In this document: piece by piece, positions 14,451-25,100 of the stretch
Numbering within the stretch: position 1 is the first letter of the stretch
How the letters are laid out: every line of letters starts with the position of its first letter
DNA from: Candidatus Methylomirabilis oxygeniifera
GTDB lineage: Bacteria; Methylomirabilota; Methylomirabilia; Methylomirabilales; Methylomirabilaceae
Reading direction: 5' to 3'
NCBI GenBank assembly: GCA_000091165.1
Contig: FP565575.1
Coordinates: 1,950,001-1,982,000, forward strand
DNA length: 32,000 bases
The notes under the pieces: generated by a model
Databases searched by the model: none
Told to the model about the DNA's origin: nothing
Seen by the model: the letters and a program-made list of their open reading frames with translations, nothing else
Translations under genes and position numbers: made by a program

Positions 14451-14642
14451 CTACATGCACCGCCGTAAGGCATGATCCGGATGGCTTGCCCGGAGCTCCG
14501 CGATCCCCTCAAACCGCAACAGCCGACGGCAGTTCGGGCAGACATTTTCCAATCCGCCGATTGGCAACAGGCAGTGCGGACAGGTGGTCATCGATCTGTC
14601 TGAAAACAGGAACATCTGAAACAGTTTGCTGAGTCGCCTCAT
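14451..14642 (-). CDS. Small zinc-ribbon protein (63 aa) between ftsZ and yggS
   Basis: CPHC-x12-CPNC is a four-Cys ribbon. The ATG at 14640-14642 is preceded by GGAAGGGGGGA. The gene sits 51 nt after the ftsZ stop and 9 nt before the yggS start. Confidence 0.5.
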   Translation of the reverse strand: MRRLSKLFQMFLFSDRSMTTCPHCLLPIGGLENVCPNCRRLLRFEGIAELRASHPDHALRRCM

Positions 14643-14693
14643 TGACGTATCCCCCCTTCCCTGGCATGCTCAAGAAGGAGCTTCCTGAGTTCG

Positions 14694-15878
14694 CTAATCG
14701 GCCTGACGCCGCAAAAAGGTCGGGATATCCAACTCGTCTCCATCAAGGTCCGCCGATCTCAGTTCCAGATCGCGAAGATTAAACTGTTCCTCAGAGGTCT
14801 CGCGCCCGATCGTCCCGCGTTTCCTGAGGAATCCGCCGCGCTCAGCGGCCTTGGCTGCATACGCCTTCATCTCGACCATGTTTTTTGATGACCCATCCTC
14901 TCTCATTGAGGCAGCGGCCTCAAACCCGGTCGCAATCACGGTCACGCAGACACTATCTTTCAACGATTCGTCAATCACTGCGCCGAAGATGATATTGGCA
15001 TCTTGATGAGCCGACTCGCAGATTGTGGAACTGGCCTCATTCACCTCATAAAGCGACAACGCCGGACCGCCGGTGATGTTGATGAGGACGCCCCTGGCGC
15101 CGTCGATGGAAACGTTTTCCAGAAGTGGGCTGTTGATCGCCTTGACGGCCGCTTCAGAGGCCGCTCTCTCTCCAGACGCCACACCGATCCCCATCATGGC
15201 AATCCCGCGCTCCGACATGATGGTCTTGACGTCGGCAAAGTCCAGGTTAATCAGACCAGGCACCATGATGAGGTCTGCAATCCCCTGCACCGCCTGACGC
15301 AACACGTCGTCGGCAATCCTGAATGCGTCGGTCAGTGAGGTCTGCCGCTCTACAACCTGCAGCAACCGCTGGTTCGGAATGGTGATCAGGGTGTCGACGC
15401 TCTCACACAGCGCAGTAAGCCCACGAGATGCATGACCCTCACGGACCTTACCCTCGAACGTAAACGGCTTGGTCACGACTCCAACCGTCAGAATGCCCAA
15501 CTCCTTGGCGAGATTCGCGATGACAGGCGCCGCGCCGGTTCCCGTTCCTCCTCCCAGGCCGGCGGTAACGAACACCATATCTGCGCCTTCCAGGAGGCTC
15601 ACGATCCTGTCGGTATCCTCAAGCGCCGCTTGTCGTCCGATCTCCGGATTCGCCCCCGCCCCCAAACCTCTCGTGACATTCGCGCCGATCTGAAGCTTGG
15701 CGTCGACCGGAGACATTCTGAGCGCCTGCGTGTCGGTATTCACCACAAAAAACTCGACTCCGGTGAAATCCGACGCCGACATCCGATTCACCGCATTGGA
15801 CCCCCCGCCCCCAACTCCGATCACCTTAATCCTGGCTGTGTGCTCAGCGTCGATCTCCAGCGCGAATGGCATCTCCAC
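14694..15878 (-). CDS. ftsZ: Cell division GTPase FtsZ
   Basis: GGGGSNAV and [13 protein letters not shown] are the tubulin signature. The C-terminal peptide [11 protein letters not shown] is present. Confidence 0.97.
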   Translation of the reverse strand: MEMPFALEIDAEHTARIKVIGVGGGGSNAVNRMSASDFTGVEFFVVNTDTQALRMSPVDAKLQIGANVTRGLGAGANPEIGRQAALEDTDRIVSLLEGADMVFVTAGLGGGTGTGAAPVIANLAKELGILTVGVVTKPFTFEGKVREGHASRGLTALCESVDTLITIPNQRLLQVVERQTSLTDAFRIADDVLRQAVQGIADLIMVPGLINLDFADVKTIMSERGIAMMGIGVASGERAASEAAVKAINSPLLENVSIDGARGVLINITGGPALSLYEVNEASSTICESAHQDANIIFGAVIDESLKDSVCVTVIATGFEAAASMREDGSSKNMVEMKAYAAKAAERGGFLRKRGTIGRETSEEQFNLRDLELRSADLDGDELDIPTFLRRQAD

Positions 15879-15911
15879 CTCCCCTCGAAAGTCGTTATTG
15901 AATGTTGGATC

Positions 15912-17147
15912 TTACAGGAAATCGCTAAACCACTGCCTCATCCGATTGATGATCCTGTCTACCAGGCCTTGATCCGCCGGCCTGCTGAATCGATGCTGGT
16001 CCAGATGCGCGGCGCCATACAGCACGAGACCCACGCCGGTTGCGTGCATCGGAGAGCTGACCACCTCCTTCAGGCCGCCCACGCCGAATGGGATCCCCAG
16101 CCGTACCGGCAGATCGAAGATCTGCTCAGCCAGCTCCGGCACGCCCGCCATCGCCGATGACCCGCCGGTCACCACAACGCCGGCGGCCACCTGCTGTATC
16201 AATCCGGCCCGCCGCACCTCCAGTTCCGCATGCGTAAAAATCTCATCCATCCTTGGCTGGACGATCTCGCACAACATCTGCCGCGAGAGCAGGCGGGGTT
16301 TACGACCGCCGACGCTGGGGACCTCCACCACTTCCTCGCCCCCTGCCAGGGAAGCCAACGCGCAACCATATTGACGCTTGATCTCCTCGGCGCACTGCGG
16401 AGGCGTCCTGAGTCCGATGGCGATGTCATGGGTCAGGTGATCACCGCCCAACGGCAGCACCGCAGTATGGCGGATGCTCCCATCGATAAAGACGGCAATA
16501 TCCGAGGTTCCCCCGCCGATATCGATCAGAATCACCCCAAGATCTTTCTCGTCTGCGGTCAGCGTCGCTTCACTGGAGGCCAACGGCTGCAGCACGATAT
16601 CCCGCACCTCCAACCCGGCCCTGTTCGCGCACTTGACGATGTTTTCTGCCGAGGCGACAGCGCCCGTCACGATATGGACCTCGGCCTCGAGACGGCACCC
16701 GCTCATCCCGACCGGTTCTCTTACTCCCCCCTGGTCGTCGATGATGAACTCTTGAGGAATCGTGTGAATGACCCGGCGATCGGCAGGCAGTGTAATGGCC
16801 TTGGCGGCATCCATGACCCGATCGACATCGCTCTGCGTGACCTCATGGTTTTTGCCGGAGATGGCGATCACCCCCCTGCTGTTGATCCCCTTAATGTGAC
16901 TTCCGGCAATCCCCACAAATGCGGAATCCAGGGTGACTCCCGCCATCGCCTCCGCTGCCTCGATTGCCTGCTTGATCGACTCAACGGTCACATCGATATT
17001 GACGACGACACCCTTCTTCAGACCCTGCGATGGACTGATGCCACACCCGACGATTTCGACCTCATTCCCCGTCACCTCCGCAACGATGACGCAGATCTTG
17101 GTCGTCCCGATGTCGAGCCCGGTCACAATCTCGCCCTTTCGGGTCAT
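15912..17147 (-). CDS. ftsA: Cell division protein FtsA
   Basis: Actin-like ATPase motifs are present (GLDIGTTKICV, DIGGGTSDIAV, VVTGGSSAMAG). The gene lies directly upstream of ftsZ. Confidence 0.95.
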   Translation of the reverse strand: MTRKGEIVTGLDIGTTKICVIVAEVTGNEVEIVGCGISPSQGLKKGVVVNIDVTVESIKQAIEAAEAMAGVTLDSAFVGIAGSHIKGINSRGVIAISGKNHEVTQSDVDRVMDAAKAITLPADRRVIHTIPQEFIIDDQGGVREPVGMSGCRLEAEVHIVTGAVASAENIVKCANRAGLEVRDIVLQPLASSEATLTADEKDLGVILIDIGGGTSDIAVFIDGSIRHTAVLPLGGDHLTHDIAIGLRTPPQCAEEIKRQYGCALASLAGGEEVVEVPSVGGRKPRLLSRQMLCEIVQPRMDEIFTHAELEVRRAGLIQQVAAGVVVTGGSSAMAGVPELAEQIFDLPVRLGIPFGVGGLKEVVSSPMHATGVGLVLYGAAHLDQHRFSRPADQGLVDRIINRMRQWFSDFL

Positions 17148-18046
17148 GCACCCTCCTTCGCACGCGGCTTGACGATCACCTTATCGGCGAATCGGAAATC
17201 GGCATATTCCAACTCGCGCAAGGCGGTCCCGCGTATCTCAAGGACCCGCACGAATCGATCTAACTGCTGCTGCACACCTTCATCCTCTCCGAAATGTAGG
17301 GAGGGCAATCCCTGGCCGAGCAACACCGTGTAGCTTCCGTCGCCTTTCAGTTGGATCTCCCTCGCCTGCACATCCGGTCCCAACACTCCCTGATAAAACC
17401 GCTGCCATAAACGCGCTCCCTGTTCGACGCGAGCGGGATCGATCCGCTCCCCCGTCCCAATCGGGTGGCCGGCGTACAGCCTCAAAAGCGGAAGGTCCGA
17501 CATCTCCGCCGGTGAGGCCTCCTGCAGGATCAGTCCATCCTCGCTGACAAGGTAGGCGCGATCGGCGACCACCACGGCGTGTGGCGCGCGCTCCGATACG
17601 TGAACTTGCAAGGTTGCCGGAAGGCGCCTGCTCACCCTAGCTGTTCTAATCCAGGGATTTCGCGCAATAGTCTCCGCAAGCGCCCGCAAATCGACTTCGA
17701 AAATGCTCGCATCAGGCGCCAGGCCCACGCTCTCAACAATCGCCGCGGTTGGTATGCGGTGATTGCCTTCCACAAGCAACTCGCTGATCCGGAAATAGCG
17801 CATCGGCATGGAGCGCGGAACCTGCTGCCAGGCCAGCCATCCCAGACCGACCAGCAACATGGAAAGCATAGTCACGCGCGCGCCTCGTCTCAGGCGTACA
17901 CCACGCCGCGAGCCCCTGCGAGTCACGCTCTGGCGCTGCCATCCTGACCCCGTCGATTCCAATCTCAGGAAGCGACGATTCGGACGAAACCCGGCGCTAT
18001 CCTCAACTCGCGATGGGCGAGCCGACGACCTGAATCTCCAGTTCAA
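17144..18046 (-). CDS. ftsQ: Cell division protein FtsQ (POTRA domain)
   Basis: An Arg-rich N-tail is followed by one TM helix (MLSMLLVGLGWLAWQQV) and a POTRA segment (FRISELLVEGNHRIP...LQVHVSER). The ORF-track start is TTG and overlaps murB by 44 nt. The true start may be downstream, for example GTG or ATG near 17870-17925. Confidence 0.8.
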   Translation of the reverse strand: MNWRFRSSARPSRVEDSAGFRPNRRFLRLESTGSGWQRQSVTRRGSRRGVRLRRGARVTMLSMLLVGLGWLAWQQVPRSMPMRYFRISELLVEGNHRIPTAAIVESVGLAPDASIFEVDLRALAETIARNPWIRTARVSRRLPATLQVHVSERAPHAVVVADRAYLVSEDGLILQEASPAEMSDLPLLRLYAGHPIGTGERIDPARVEQGARLWQRFYQGVLGPDVQAREIQLKGDGSYTVLLGQGLPSLHFGEDEGVQQQLDRFVRVLEIRGTALRELEYADFRFADKVIVKPRAKEGA

Positions 18047-18929
18047 GCGCCACTCCTGTCTTCACCATCACCTCGGCTCTGGCTCGCTCGATCAGCCAGA
18101 GCACCTCTGCGGCCGTAGCCCCACCGAGGTTTACGATGAAGTTACCATGTTTCTCAGAGATCTGCGCTCCTCCTCGCCGCAGCCCCTTGAGCCCCGCCTG
18201 TTCCACCAGACGTCCCGCGAAATCGCCGGGAGGGTTCTTGAAGATGCACCCTGCCGACCTGACCTCTACGGGCTGCGTCAGATTTCTCCTCACCAGCAAC
18301 GTCGAGATCGTTCTCCTGATCTCTTCCGCCTCTGCGCGCCGGAGGGTGAAGCAGACTTCAACGATCACTGAACCCGTCGGAAGGATGCAGCGCCTATAAC
18401 CCGCATCGATCTCCGCCCGCGCGAGATACCGCTCCTCGCCTGAGCAATCCACAAGGCGAATCCAGTCAAGGTGATCAGCGATCGCGCCAAGGGACGTCCC
18501 GGCATTCCCCTTGATCGCCCCTCCAACGGTTCCCGGCACGCCCGTCAGCCCTTCGAGACCCGTCAGGCTTCTCGTCGCAGAGAGAGCCAGCAAACGGCTT
18601 GTCCGCACGCCGGCCCCGCACCTCATCTGTTCGCCGGAGACCTCAAGTTCCAGAAAGGTTTGTGAGAGATTCATGACCAGCCCCTTGACCCCCCCATCCA
18701 GCACCAGCATGTTACTGCCGCTACCGAGGATCAGAACGGGGATCGTCTCCTCCCGCGCCACCTTGAGCAGGGCCTTCACATCTTCAAGACCCGCGGGATA
18801 GACCATCACCTCGGCTGGGCCGCCGATCCGAAAATAGGTGTGCGACGCGAGCGGCTCCTCTGTGAGGACCCGCCCCTTAATGAGTCCTTGAAGCCTTTCC
18901 TGTAGACTGAGCGTTTCTATCATTGGCAT
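18003..18929 (-). CDS. murB: UDP-N-acetylenolpyruvoylglucosamine reductase
   Basis: The FAD-binding N-domain is present (YFRIGGPAEVMVYP, ILGSGSNMLV), together with the C-terminal MurB domain. dcw context. Confidence 0.93.
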   Translation of the reverse strand: MPMIETLSLQERLQGLIKGRVLTEEPLASHTYFRIGGPAEVMVYPAGLEDVKALLKVAREETIPVLILGSGSNMLVLDGGVKGLVMNLSQTFLELEVSGEQMRCGAGVRTSRLLALSATRSLTGLEGLTGVPGTVGGAIKGNAGTSLGAIADHLDWIRLVDCSGEERYLARAEIDAGYRRCILPTGSVIVEVCFTLRRAEAEEIRRTISTLLVRRNLTQPVEVRSAGCIFKNPPGDFAGRLVEQAGLKGLRRGGAQISEKHGNFIVNLGGATAAEVLWLIERARAEVMVKTGVALELEIQVVGSPIAS

Positions 18930-20347
18930 TCGGCAATCGGATTTTTGCTGATGCCTAACGGCTGATTACTGACTGCTGCCCCTTGTAGTCGGCCGACAAT
19001 CTGCTCACCGGCCTTCCAGATATCGCCCGCACCCATAGTGATGACCAGGTCCCCCGGACGGGCCAGTTCGATGACGCGATCCGGGATCTCCTCCTTACGT
19101 TCCACGTACAGAACCTTCGGTCCTTTCCGGACGACAACTCCGTCAGCAATCTGCCGACCGGAAACTCCGGCAATCGGGGTCTCTCCTGCCGGATAGATCC
19201 CGGTGATGATCACCTGATCGGCGAAGTCAAAGGCCGAGGCAAACTCGGGGAGCAACCGTTGCGTCCTGCTGTACCGATGCGGCTGAAAAATGACGATCAG
19301 CCGCCGTCCGAATCCATCTCTGGCCGCTTTGAGCGTGGCCTGGATCTCCGCCGGGTGATGAGCGTAGTCGTCGACCACCATGATATCCTGGGGACTCCCC
19401 TTTACCTGAAAACGTCGAACAACACCGGAGAACTCCCCGAGCGCCGTCCGGATTGCGGCAAATTCGATGTCCAGCTCAAGGCCCACTGCCATGGCTGCCA
19501 ATGCATTCGACACATTGTGCACTCCAGGAATCCTGAGCTGTACCTCCCCCAGCGGCTCTCCCTTGAACCTCACCTTAAAGGTGGAGCTGAGCCCGGTGAG
19601 TGATACTCCCTCCGCCATCAAATCGGCCTGCGTGTGACAGCCATATGAGACAACACGTTTCTGTACCATGGGCAACAGGTCTCGAATATGTTCCTGATCG
19701 AGGCAGAGAATCGCGGAGCCATAGAAGGGAACTTTATTAATAAACTCGAGAAACGTCTCCTTAATCTGCTGTAGATCGCGGTAGTAATCGAGGTGCTCGG
19801 CATCGACGGTGGTGACTACGGCGATGGTGGGCGCCAGCTTGAGGAACGAGCCGTCGCTCTCGTCGGCCTCCGCAACCATGAACTCGCCACGCCCGAGTTT
19901 CGCGTTGCTGCCGAGCGCATCCAGCCTGCCTCCGATGACCACGGTGGGATCGAGACCCGCCTTGGCCAGGACCGTCGCCACCATGGAGGTAGTGGTGGTC
20001 TTTCCATGGGTGCCGGCAACGGCTACGCCGTACTTCATCCGCATCAGCTCAGCCAGCATCTCCGCTCGCTGAATAACCGGAATGGCATGCGCCTTCGCCG
20101 CAACAATCTCGGGATTCTCCGGAGAGACCGCCGAGGACCGGACGACGACATCGGCCTCCTGCACGTGAGCGGGATCGTGGCCGATCTGAACGGTAATCCC
20201 CAGCGACTGAAGACGATGGGCATGCTCCGACACCTTCAGATCGGAGCCGCTGACCTGATAGCCAAGATTGTGGAGGACCTCGGCAATTCCGCTCATCCCG
20301 ACCCCTCCGATCCCAACGAAGTGGATGTGCCGGATCTTCTTAAACAT
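18920..20347 (-). CDS. murC: UDP-N-acetylmuramate--L-alanine ligase
   Basis: The start is set at ATG 20345-20347 (MFKKIRHIHFVGIGGVGMSGIAEVL). GTHGKTTT is the P-loop. The 68 codons upstream in the ORF track are read-through into murG. Confidence 0.93.
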   Translation of the reverse strand: MFKKIRHIHFVGIGGVGMSGIAEVLHNLGYQVSGSDLKVSEHAHRLQSLGITVQIGHDPAHVQEADVVVRSSAVSPENPEIVAAKAHAIPVIQRAEMLAELMRMKYGVAVAGTHGKTTTTSMVATVLAKAGLDPTVVIGGRLDALGSNAKLGRGEFMVAEADESDGSFLKLAPTIAVVTTVDAEHLDYYRDLQQIKETFLEFINKVPFYGSAILCLDQEHIRDLLPMVQKRVVSYGCHTQADLMAEGVSLTGLSSTFKVRFKGEPLGEVQLRIPGVHNVSNALAAMAVGLELDIEFAAIRTALGEFSGVVRRFQVKGSPQDIMVVDDYAHHPAEIQATLKAARDGFGRRLIVIFQPHRYSRTQRLLPEFASAFDFADQVIITGIYPAGETPIAGVSGRQIADGVVVRKGPKVLYVERKEEIPDRVIELARPGDLVITMGAGDIWKAGEQIVGRLQGAAVSNQPLGISKNPIAECQ

Positions 20348-21503
20348 GGTTGCAGCTCTCCGTCTCGCGTCGCAGGTCCGGCTTGAACAGGTGGGACCTG
20401 GCGCCTGGCGCCTGGCGCGCAGTCTGTGTAACAAGATCGGCCAAACGGATCGCCGCGTCCGGCTTCGCCAGAGCCTTCGCCCTGCGCGCCATGACCTCAA
20501 GCCCCTCTCGGTCGCGCAGACACGTCCGTATGATCTCGGCCACCGCGGCACCGCTCAACTCACAGTCCAGGACCATTCGAGCGCCGCCTGAGGCGACTAC
20601 CGCTTCAGCGTTGTACCGCTGGTGATCGTTGGCGGCAAAGGGGAACGGAACGAGCACCGACGGTTTACCTAAAGCGCAGAGCTCCACCACGGTGCCGGCG
20701 CCGGCCCGACAGACACAGAGATCGGCAGCGGCATATGCGACGGCCATCGCCTGGAAGAACGGTTCCACCGCCGCTCGATACCCCCCCACATCATATCCTT
20801 GTCGGACGACGGCAAGATCGCGCGGACCGGTGGCATGGATGAACTGGATCTGCTCTCGCTCGTCCGCAAGCAGGGGGAGCGCCTCCATGACCGACTGGTT
20901 CAGCCGGTGCGCCCCCTGGCTGCCGCCAAAGATCAGAACGGTCAGTCGATTCGGATCGAGATCCAAGCGGGTCACCGCCTCTACCCTGCTCACACCGAAG
21001 AGCTCCGTTCGGACCGGATTGCCGGTCACCCGCACCTTGTTTTTGGGAAAAAACTCGGACGCCCCCTCGAAGGTCACTGCGACGCGATCAACGATCTTCC
21101 CCAACCATCGGTTGGCCAGCCCCGGTAAGGCGTTCTGTTCATGGATCACCGTCGGGACCCTCGCAAGCACTGCCGACAGGACGACGGCGGCCGAGGCGTA
21201 GCCGCCAAACCCGACCACGACATCGGGGCGGAACCGTCGAAGGATCGACAGAGACCGAATGAGACCTGAGGGGATCAGCGTGAGACTCCGAAGCCGCGAT
21301 AGGAACCGCTTGCCCTGCAAACCGGAGGCCCTGATCCCTTCAAAATCCCACCCTCTCCTTGCCAGCAGCGATGCCTCAACCCCTCCCTCGACGCCAACAA
21401 ACAGGAGCGGTAGATCGGTCGTTCGCGACCTGAGCTCCTCAGCCAGCGCGATGGCGGGAAAGAGGTGACCGCCCGTCCCGCCCCCTGCAATGATGGCCTT
21501 CAT
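20340..21503 (-). CDS. murG: Lipid II-forming glycosyltransferase MurG
   Basis: The motif MKAIIAGGGTGGHLFPAIALAEEL and the dcw position after ftsW identify it. There is a 4-nt overlap with the ftsW stop. Confidence 0.93.
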   Translation of the reverse strand: MKAIIAGGGTGGHLFPAIALAEELRSRTTDLPLLFVGVEGGVEASLLARRGWDFEGIRASGLQGKRFLSRLRSLTLIPSGLIRSLSILRRFRPDVVVGFGGYASAAVVLSAVLARVPTVIHEQNALPGLANRWLGKIVDRVAVTFEGASEFFPKNKVRVTGNPVRTELFGVSRVEAVTRLDLDPNRLTVLIFGGSQGAHRLNQSVMEALPLLADEREQIQFIHATGPRDLAVVRQGYDVGGYRAAVEPFFQAMAVAYAAADLCVCRAGAGTVVELCALGKPSVLVPFPFAANDHQRYNAEAVVASGGARMVLDCELSGAAVAEIIRTCLRDREGLEVMARRAKALAKPDAAIRLADLVTQTARQAPGARSHLFKPDLRRETESCNHV

Positions 21504-22615
21504 GCGAATCGTCCTCTCGCCGTCTGGTAACGCGAGATGCTAAGCAGGATGCCGATACAGAACAAGGTGATGACCAGGGATGTGCCGCCGAAGCTGACCA
21601 ACGGCAACGGCAAACCCGTAATAGGCAGCAGTCCGACGACCACCCCGAGATTGACGGCGGCCTGGGCCACGATGATAAAGGTAATGCCCATCGCCGTGTA
21701 GGCGCCGAACAGGTCGGGCGCACGGAGTGCGATTCGAGTCCCCCGCCACAGCACAATACCGAAAAGGAAGACCAACAGCAGCGTCCCTACCAGTCCCGTC
21801 TCCTCCCCGACGACAGCAAAGATGAACTCGGTATGGGACTCCGGCAGATAGCCCAACTTCCCAAGGCTGCCACCGAGCCCCCGCCCCAGCAGTCCCCCCG
21901 GCCCCAATGCATAGATCGACTGGTTGGTCTGGTGTATGGCTTTGGAGGAGGCGTGAGTAGGGTCCAGCACCGTCATCACTCGCGTGAGCGCATACGGGTG
22001 GGTTATGACAAGCACGACGGCGGCCGTCGCAACGACGAGCACCACGGCGCCCAGGTGGCTCAGGCGGACACCTGCAACGAAACAGAGCGCCACGACGGCA
22101 CACAGCAGGATCCCCACCATCCCAAAGTGGGGCTGTAAAATAATCAGACCGCACGTAAGTCCGGAGAGGATAAGCGGCAAGGAAAAGCGTTTGACGAACT
22201 GTCCCTCCTGATCGGCTCTTTTGGCGAGGAGCCTGGCCATGAGGAGGACAATGGAGAGTTTGGCCAGCTCGGACGGTTGAAAGGAGATTCCGAACAGCCG
22301 GATCCACCGCCTGGCGTTGTTGACCTTCACCCCGATTGACGGGACCAGCACGAGAATGAGAAGAAACACCGAAAAAAAGAATAAAAGTGGCGCGTACTGC
22401 TGGAAGGTGCGGTAATCGCGGTTCATGGCCCAGACCATGGCCACGAACCCGATCAGGGCCCAGAGGAGCTGCTTTTTCAGGAAAAAGAACGGGTCGTCGT
22501 ATTTCTCCCCCGCCCTGATTGCGCCCGCGCTATAGACCATGATAATACCAACTCCGACCAGCAACAGCGAGACGCTGTACAGCAGCCTGTCGTAGGAGAG
22601 ACGCTTACCGGTCAC
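21500..22615 (-). CDS. ftsW: SEDS-family peptidoglycan polymerase FtsW
   Basis: A ten-TM SEDS protein with the motifs PSELAK and ESHTEFIFAV. It sits between murD and murG. Confidence 0.9.
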   Translation of the reverse strand: MTGKRLSYDRLLYSVSLLLVGVGIIMVYSAGAIRAGEKYDDPFFFLKKQLLWALIGFVAMVWAMNRDYRTFQQYAPLLFFFSVFLLILVLVPSIGVKVNNARRWIRLFGISFQPSELAKLSIVLLMARLLAKRADQEGQFVKRFSLPLILSGLTCGLIILQPHFGMVGILLCAVVALCFVAGVRLSHLGAVVLVVATAAVVLVITHPYALTRVMTVLDPTHASSKAIHQTNQSIYALGPGGLLGRGLGGSLGKLGYLPESHTEFIFAVVGEETGLVGTLLLVFLFGIVLWRGTRIALRAPDLFGAYTAMGITFIIVAQAAVNLGVVVGLLPITGLPLPLVSFGGTSLVITLFCIGILLSISRYQTARGRFA

Positions 22616-23997
22616 GCCTGTCCCTGTATGCTGTCAGCGGGGGACACAAGCCCTCGGACCGCCGCCTTGAAGACGCGTCCACGATCCTCAAAATCAGTAA
22701 ACATATCGAAGCTGGCGCAGGCCGGCGACAGCAAGACAACCTCTCCCGGAGAAGCGGCAGCCGCAGCGCGCCGTACGGCCTCCTCAAGACTCGACACCAC
22801 CTCTGTCGGACAAACAGACGCGAGCATGCGCCGCAGCGTCTCAGCAGCCTCACCGATCAGAATCAGCCGTTTGACCCGCTCGCGGACAAGGGGGATGAGC
22901 GGCGCGAAATCGCCATGCTTGTCCCTGCCGCCGGCGATGAGCACAACAGGGTTCGTAAAACTCTCCAATGATCGGACGACCGCTCCAACATTGGTCCCTT
23001 TGGAGTCGTTGATGTAGCGAACGCCGGCGATCTCGGCGACAAACTCCAGACGATGTTCCAGCCCCTCGAAACTGGTGAGCGCTATCCGGATCGCTGTCGT
23101 GGGGGTACCGGCTACCGCCGCCGCCAGGCCGGCGGCCAGCGCATTCTCCAGATTATGCACACCCTGAATCTTCAGTTCGGATTTCCGGCAGATGACCTCT
23201 CGCACCCCGTCAAGGGCCAGCATGAGCTGATCGTCTTCAACATACGCCCCCGTATCGAGCGGTCTGGTCCGGCTGAATGCGATCCTCCGTCCTCGGGCCT
23301 GTGCCGACACCTGAAGAACCAGCGGATCGTCCGCATTGATGACGGCAAAGTCGGACGGCCGTTGATTCTCGAAGATACGAGCCTTGGCCCGGTAATAGTC
23401 TTCGACCTGATCGTAGCGATCAAGATGATCAGGGGCGAGATTTAGCAGCAACGCCACACGCGGCCTGAACTCATCGATCGTTTCCAGTTGAAAACTCGAC
23501 AGCTCTGCAACCACACACTCTCCCGCAGCGAGGGAAGGCGCCACCCGGCAGAGCGGCGTACCGATGTTGCCGGCCACATACGAAGGCAGGCCGGCCTGCT
23601 TCAGCATGGCGCCAATCAGGGTTGTGGTAGTGCTTTTGCCGTTGGTCCCGGTAATCCCGATGAACGTGGCGTCACTATATCGGTAGGCCAATTCGACCTC
23701 GCCGATCAGCGGGATACCCGCCTCACGAACCCGCCGAAACCGCGGCTCACGCAGATCGATCCCCGGACTGACGACAACGAGATCGGCCGAGGGCAAAGAG
23801 CGCAGATACTGCTTACCCAGCTCAAGACTGACGCCGTCCTGCTCCAGGCTACAGAGGTCGGCGCCGACCTCACGCTCACCCCTGCGATCGGTACCGACGA
23901 CGGCAGCGCCCTGTTTGAGCAACAGACGGCAGGCCGCCTCTCCCGATCGCGCCAACCCGATCACCACCACACGTTTGCCGGCCAGATCGATCATCAC
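22612..23997 (-). CDS. murD: UDP-N-acetylmuramoylalanine--D-glutamate ligase
   Basis: The N-terminal Rossmann motif is VVVIGLARSGEA. GITGTNGKSTTT is the P-loop. There is a 4-nt overlap with ftsW. Confidence 0.93.
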   Translation of the reverse strand: MMIDLAGKRVVVIGLARSGEAACRLLLKQGAAVVGTDRRGEREVGADLCSLEQDGVSLELGKQYLRSLPSADLVVVSPGIDLREPRFRRVREAGIPLIGEVELAYRYSDATFIGITGTNGKSTTTTLIGAMLKQAGLPSYVAGNIGTPLCRVAPSLAAGECVVAELSSFQLETIDEFRPRVALLLNLAPDHLDRYDQVEDYYRAKARIFENQRPSDFAVINADDPLVLQVSAQARGRRIAFSRTRPLDTGAYVEDDQLMLALDGVREVICRKSELKIQGVHNLENALAAGLAAAVAGTPTTAIRIALTSFEGLEHRLEFVAEIAGVRYINDSKGTNVGAVVRSLESFTNPVVLIAGGRDKHGDFAPLIPLVRERVKRLILIGEAAETLRRMLASVCPTEVVSSLEEAVRRAAAAASPGEVVLLSPACASFDMFTDFEDRGRVFKAAVRGLVSPADSIQGQA

Positions 23998-24007
23998 AGC
24001 CTCTATT

Positions 24008-25090
24008 TCACCTCAATTTCAACGTCGTGAGCGAGAGCAGGGCCAGGATAAAGGAGATGATCCAGAACCTGACAATGATCTTCGGCTCCGCCATCCCGTT
24101 CAACTCGTAGTGATGATGGATCGGCGCCATTCGGAAGATCCGTCGCCCGGTCGTCCGATAGGAGAAGACCTGCAGGATTACTGAGACGGCCTCTGCGACA
24201 AACACCCCTCCGACGATGAGCAGGAGCAGTTCGCTCTTGACCAAGACAGCAAGCGTGGCCACGGCGGCCCCGAGCGCCAACGAGCCGGTGTCGCCCATAA
24301 AAAGCTGCGCGGGATACGCGTTATACCAGAGGAATCCCATAGCCGCCCCAACGATGGCGCCGCCAAACACCGTGAGTTCGGAACTCCCTCTTACAAAGAC
24401 GACCTGCAGGTAGTGAGCGATGCTGGCATGTCCCGCAATGTACGCCAGCACCGTATACGCCGCTGCGGTCATCAGTGTCGGACCGATGGCCAATCCATCC
24501 AGGCCATCGGTCAGGTTCACCGCATTGGACGCGCCGACAATGACCAGCGTGACAAACAGGACATAGCCCCAGCCCAGATCGGGCATCCAGTGTTTGAAGA
24601 ACGGGATAGCCAGCTTTGTGGTGTAGGCATCGACGGGGTTAACGTACAGGCAGAGTCCGACAAGCATACTGGGAATCACCTGCCATAACAGTTTTGTCTT
24701 CGCTGAAAGCCCCTTGCTGTTCTTGGCCACGACCTTTCGGTAGTCGTCGATGAACCCCACCGCTCCCATCCAGACCGTACTGAACAGGGCGAGCCACACG
24801 AATCGGTTGATCAGGTTCGCCCAGAGCAACGTGGCGATAAGTATGGAGGCCAGAATCAGGAGGCCGCCCATCGTGGGCGTCCCGGCCTTCTGCAGATGGC
24901 CTGAGGGACCGTCGTCCCTGATGCTTTGGCCGATTTGCAACGCCTGAAGCCTGCGGATCAACGCAGGCCCCAACAACAGACTGATCAGCAGCGCAGTGAG
25001 GATGGCCCCGGCCGTACGAAAGGTCACGTACCGGAAGACATTTAAGGCTGCGTAGCTTTCGTGCCATGGGTAAAGCAAGTGATACAGCAT
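24008..25090 (-). CDS. mraY: Phospho-N-acetylmuramoyl-pentapeptide transferase
   Basis: A 360-aa polytopic protein with the motifs [13 protein letters not shown] and GDTGSLALG. Confidence 0.95.
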   Translation of the reverse strand: MLYHLLYPWHESYAALNVFRYVTFRTAGAILTALLISLLLGPALIRRLQALQIGQSIRDDGPSGHLQKAGTPTMGGLLILASILIATLLWANLINRFVWLALFSTVWMGAVGFIDDYRKVVAKNSKGLSAKTKLLWQVIPSMLVGLCLYVNPVDAYTTKLAIPFFKHWMPDLGWGYVLFVTLVIVGASNAVNLTDGLDGLAIGPTLMTAAAYTVLAYIAGHASIAHYLQVVFVRGSSELTVFGGAIVGAAMGFLWYNAYPAQLFMGDTGSLALGAAVATLAVLVKSELLLLIVGGVFVAEAVSVILQVFSYRTTGRRIFRMAPIHHHYELNGMAEPKIIVRFWIISFILALLSLTTLKLR

Positions 25091-25100
25091 ACATCCTCAG

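Noticed and set aside
16230-17333. 367-aa plus-strand ORF opposite ftsA/ftsQ
   Set aside because: It is antisense to highly conserved ftsA and has no motifs, so it is a GC-driven open frame.
20348-20551. 68-codon N-terminal extension of the murC ORF
   Set aside because: It lies entirely within the murG coding sequence and is Arg-rich nonsense. The conserved MurC N-terminus starts at the ATG at 20347, with a typical short overlap.
21540-22307. 255-aa alternative minus-strand frame within ftsW
   Set aside because: It is out of frame with the clear 10-TM SEDS protein, and the translation is Arg/Gly/Pro-rich.
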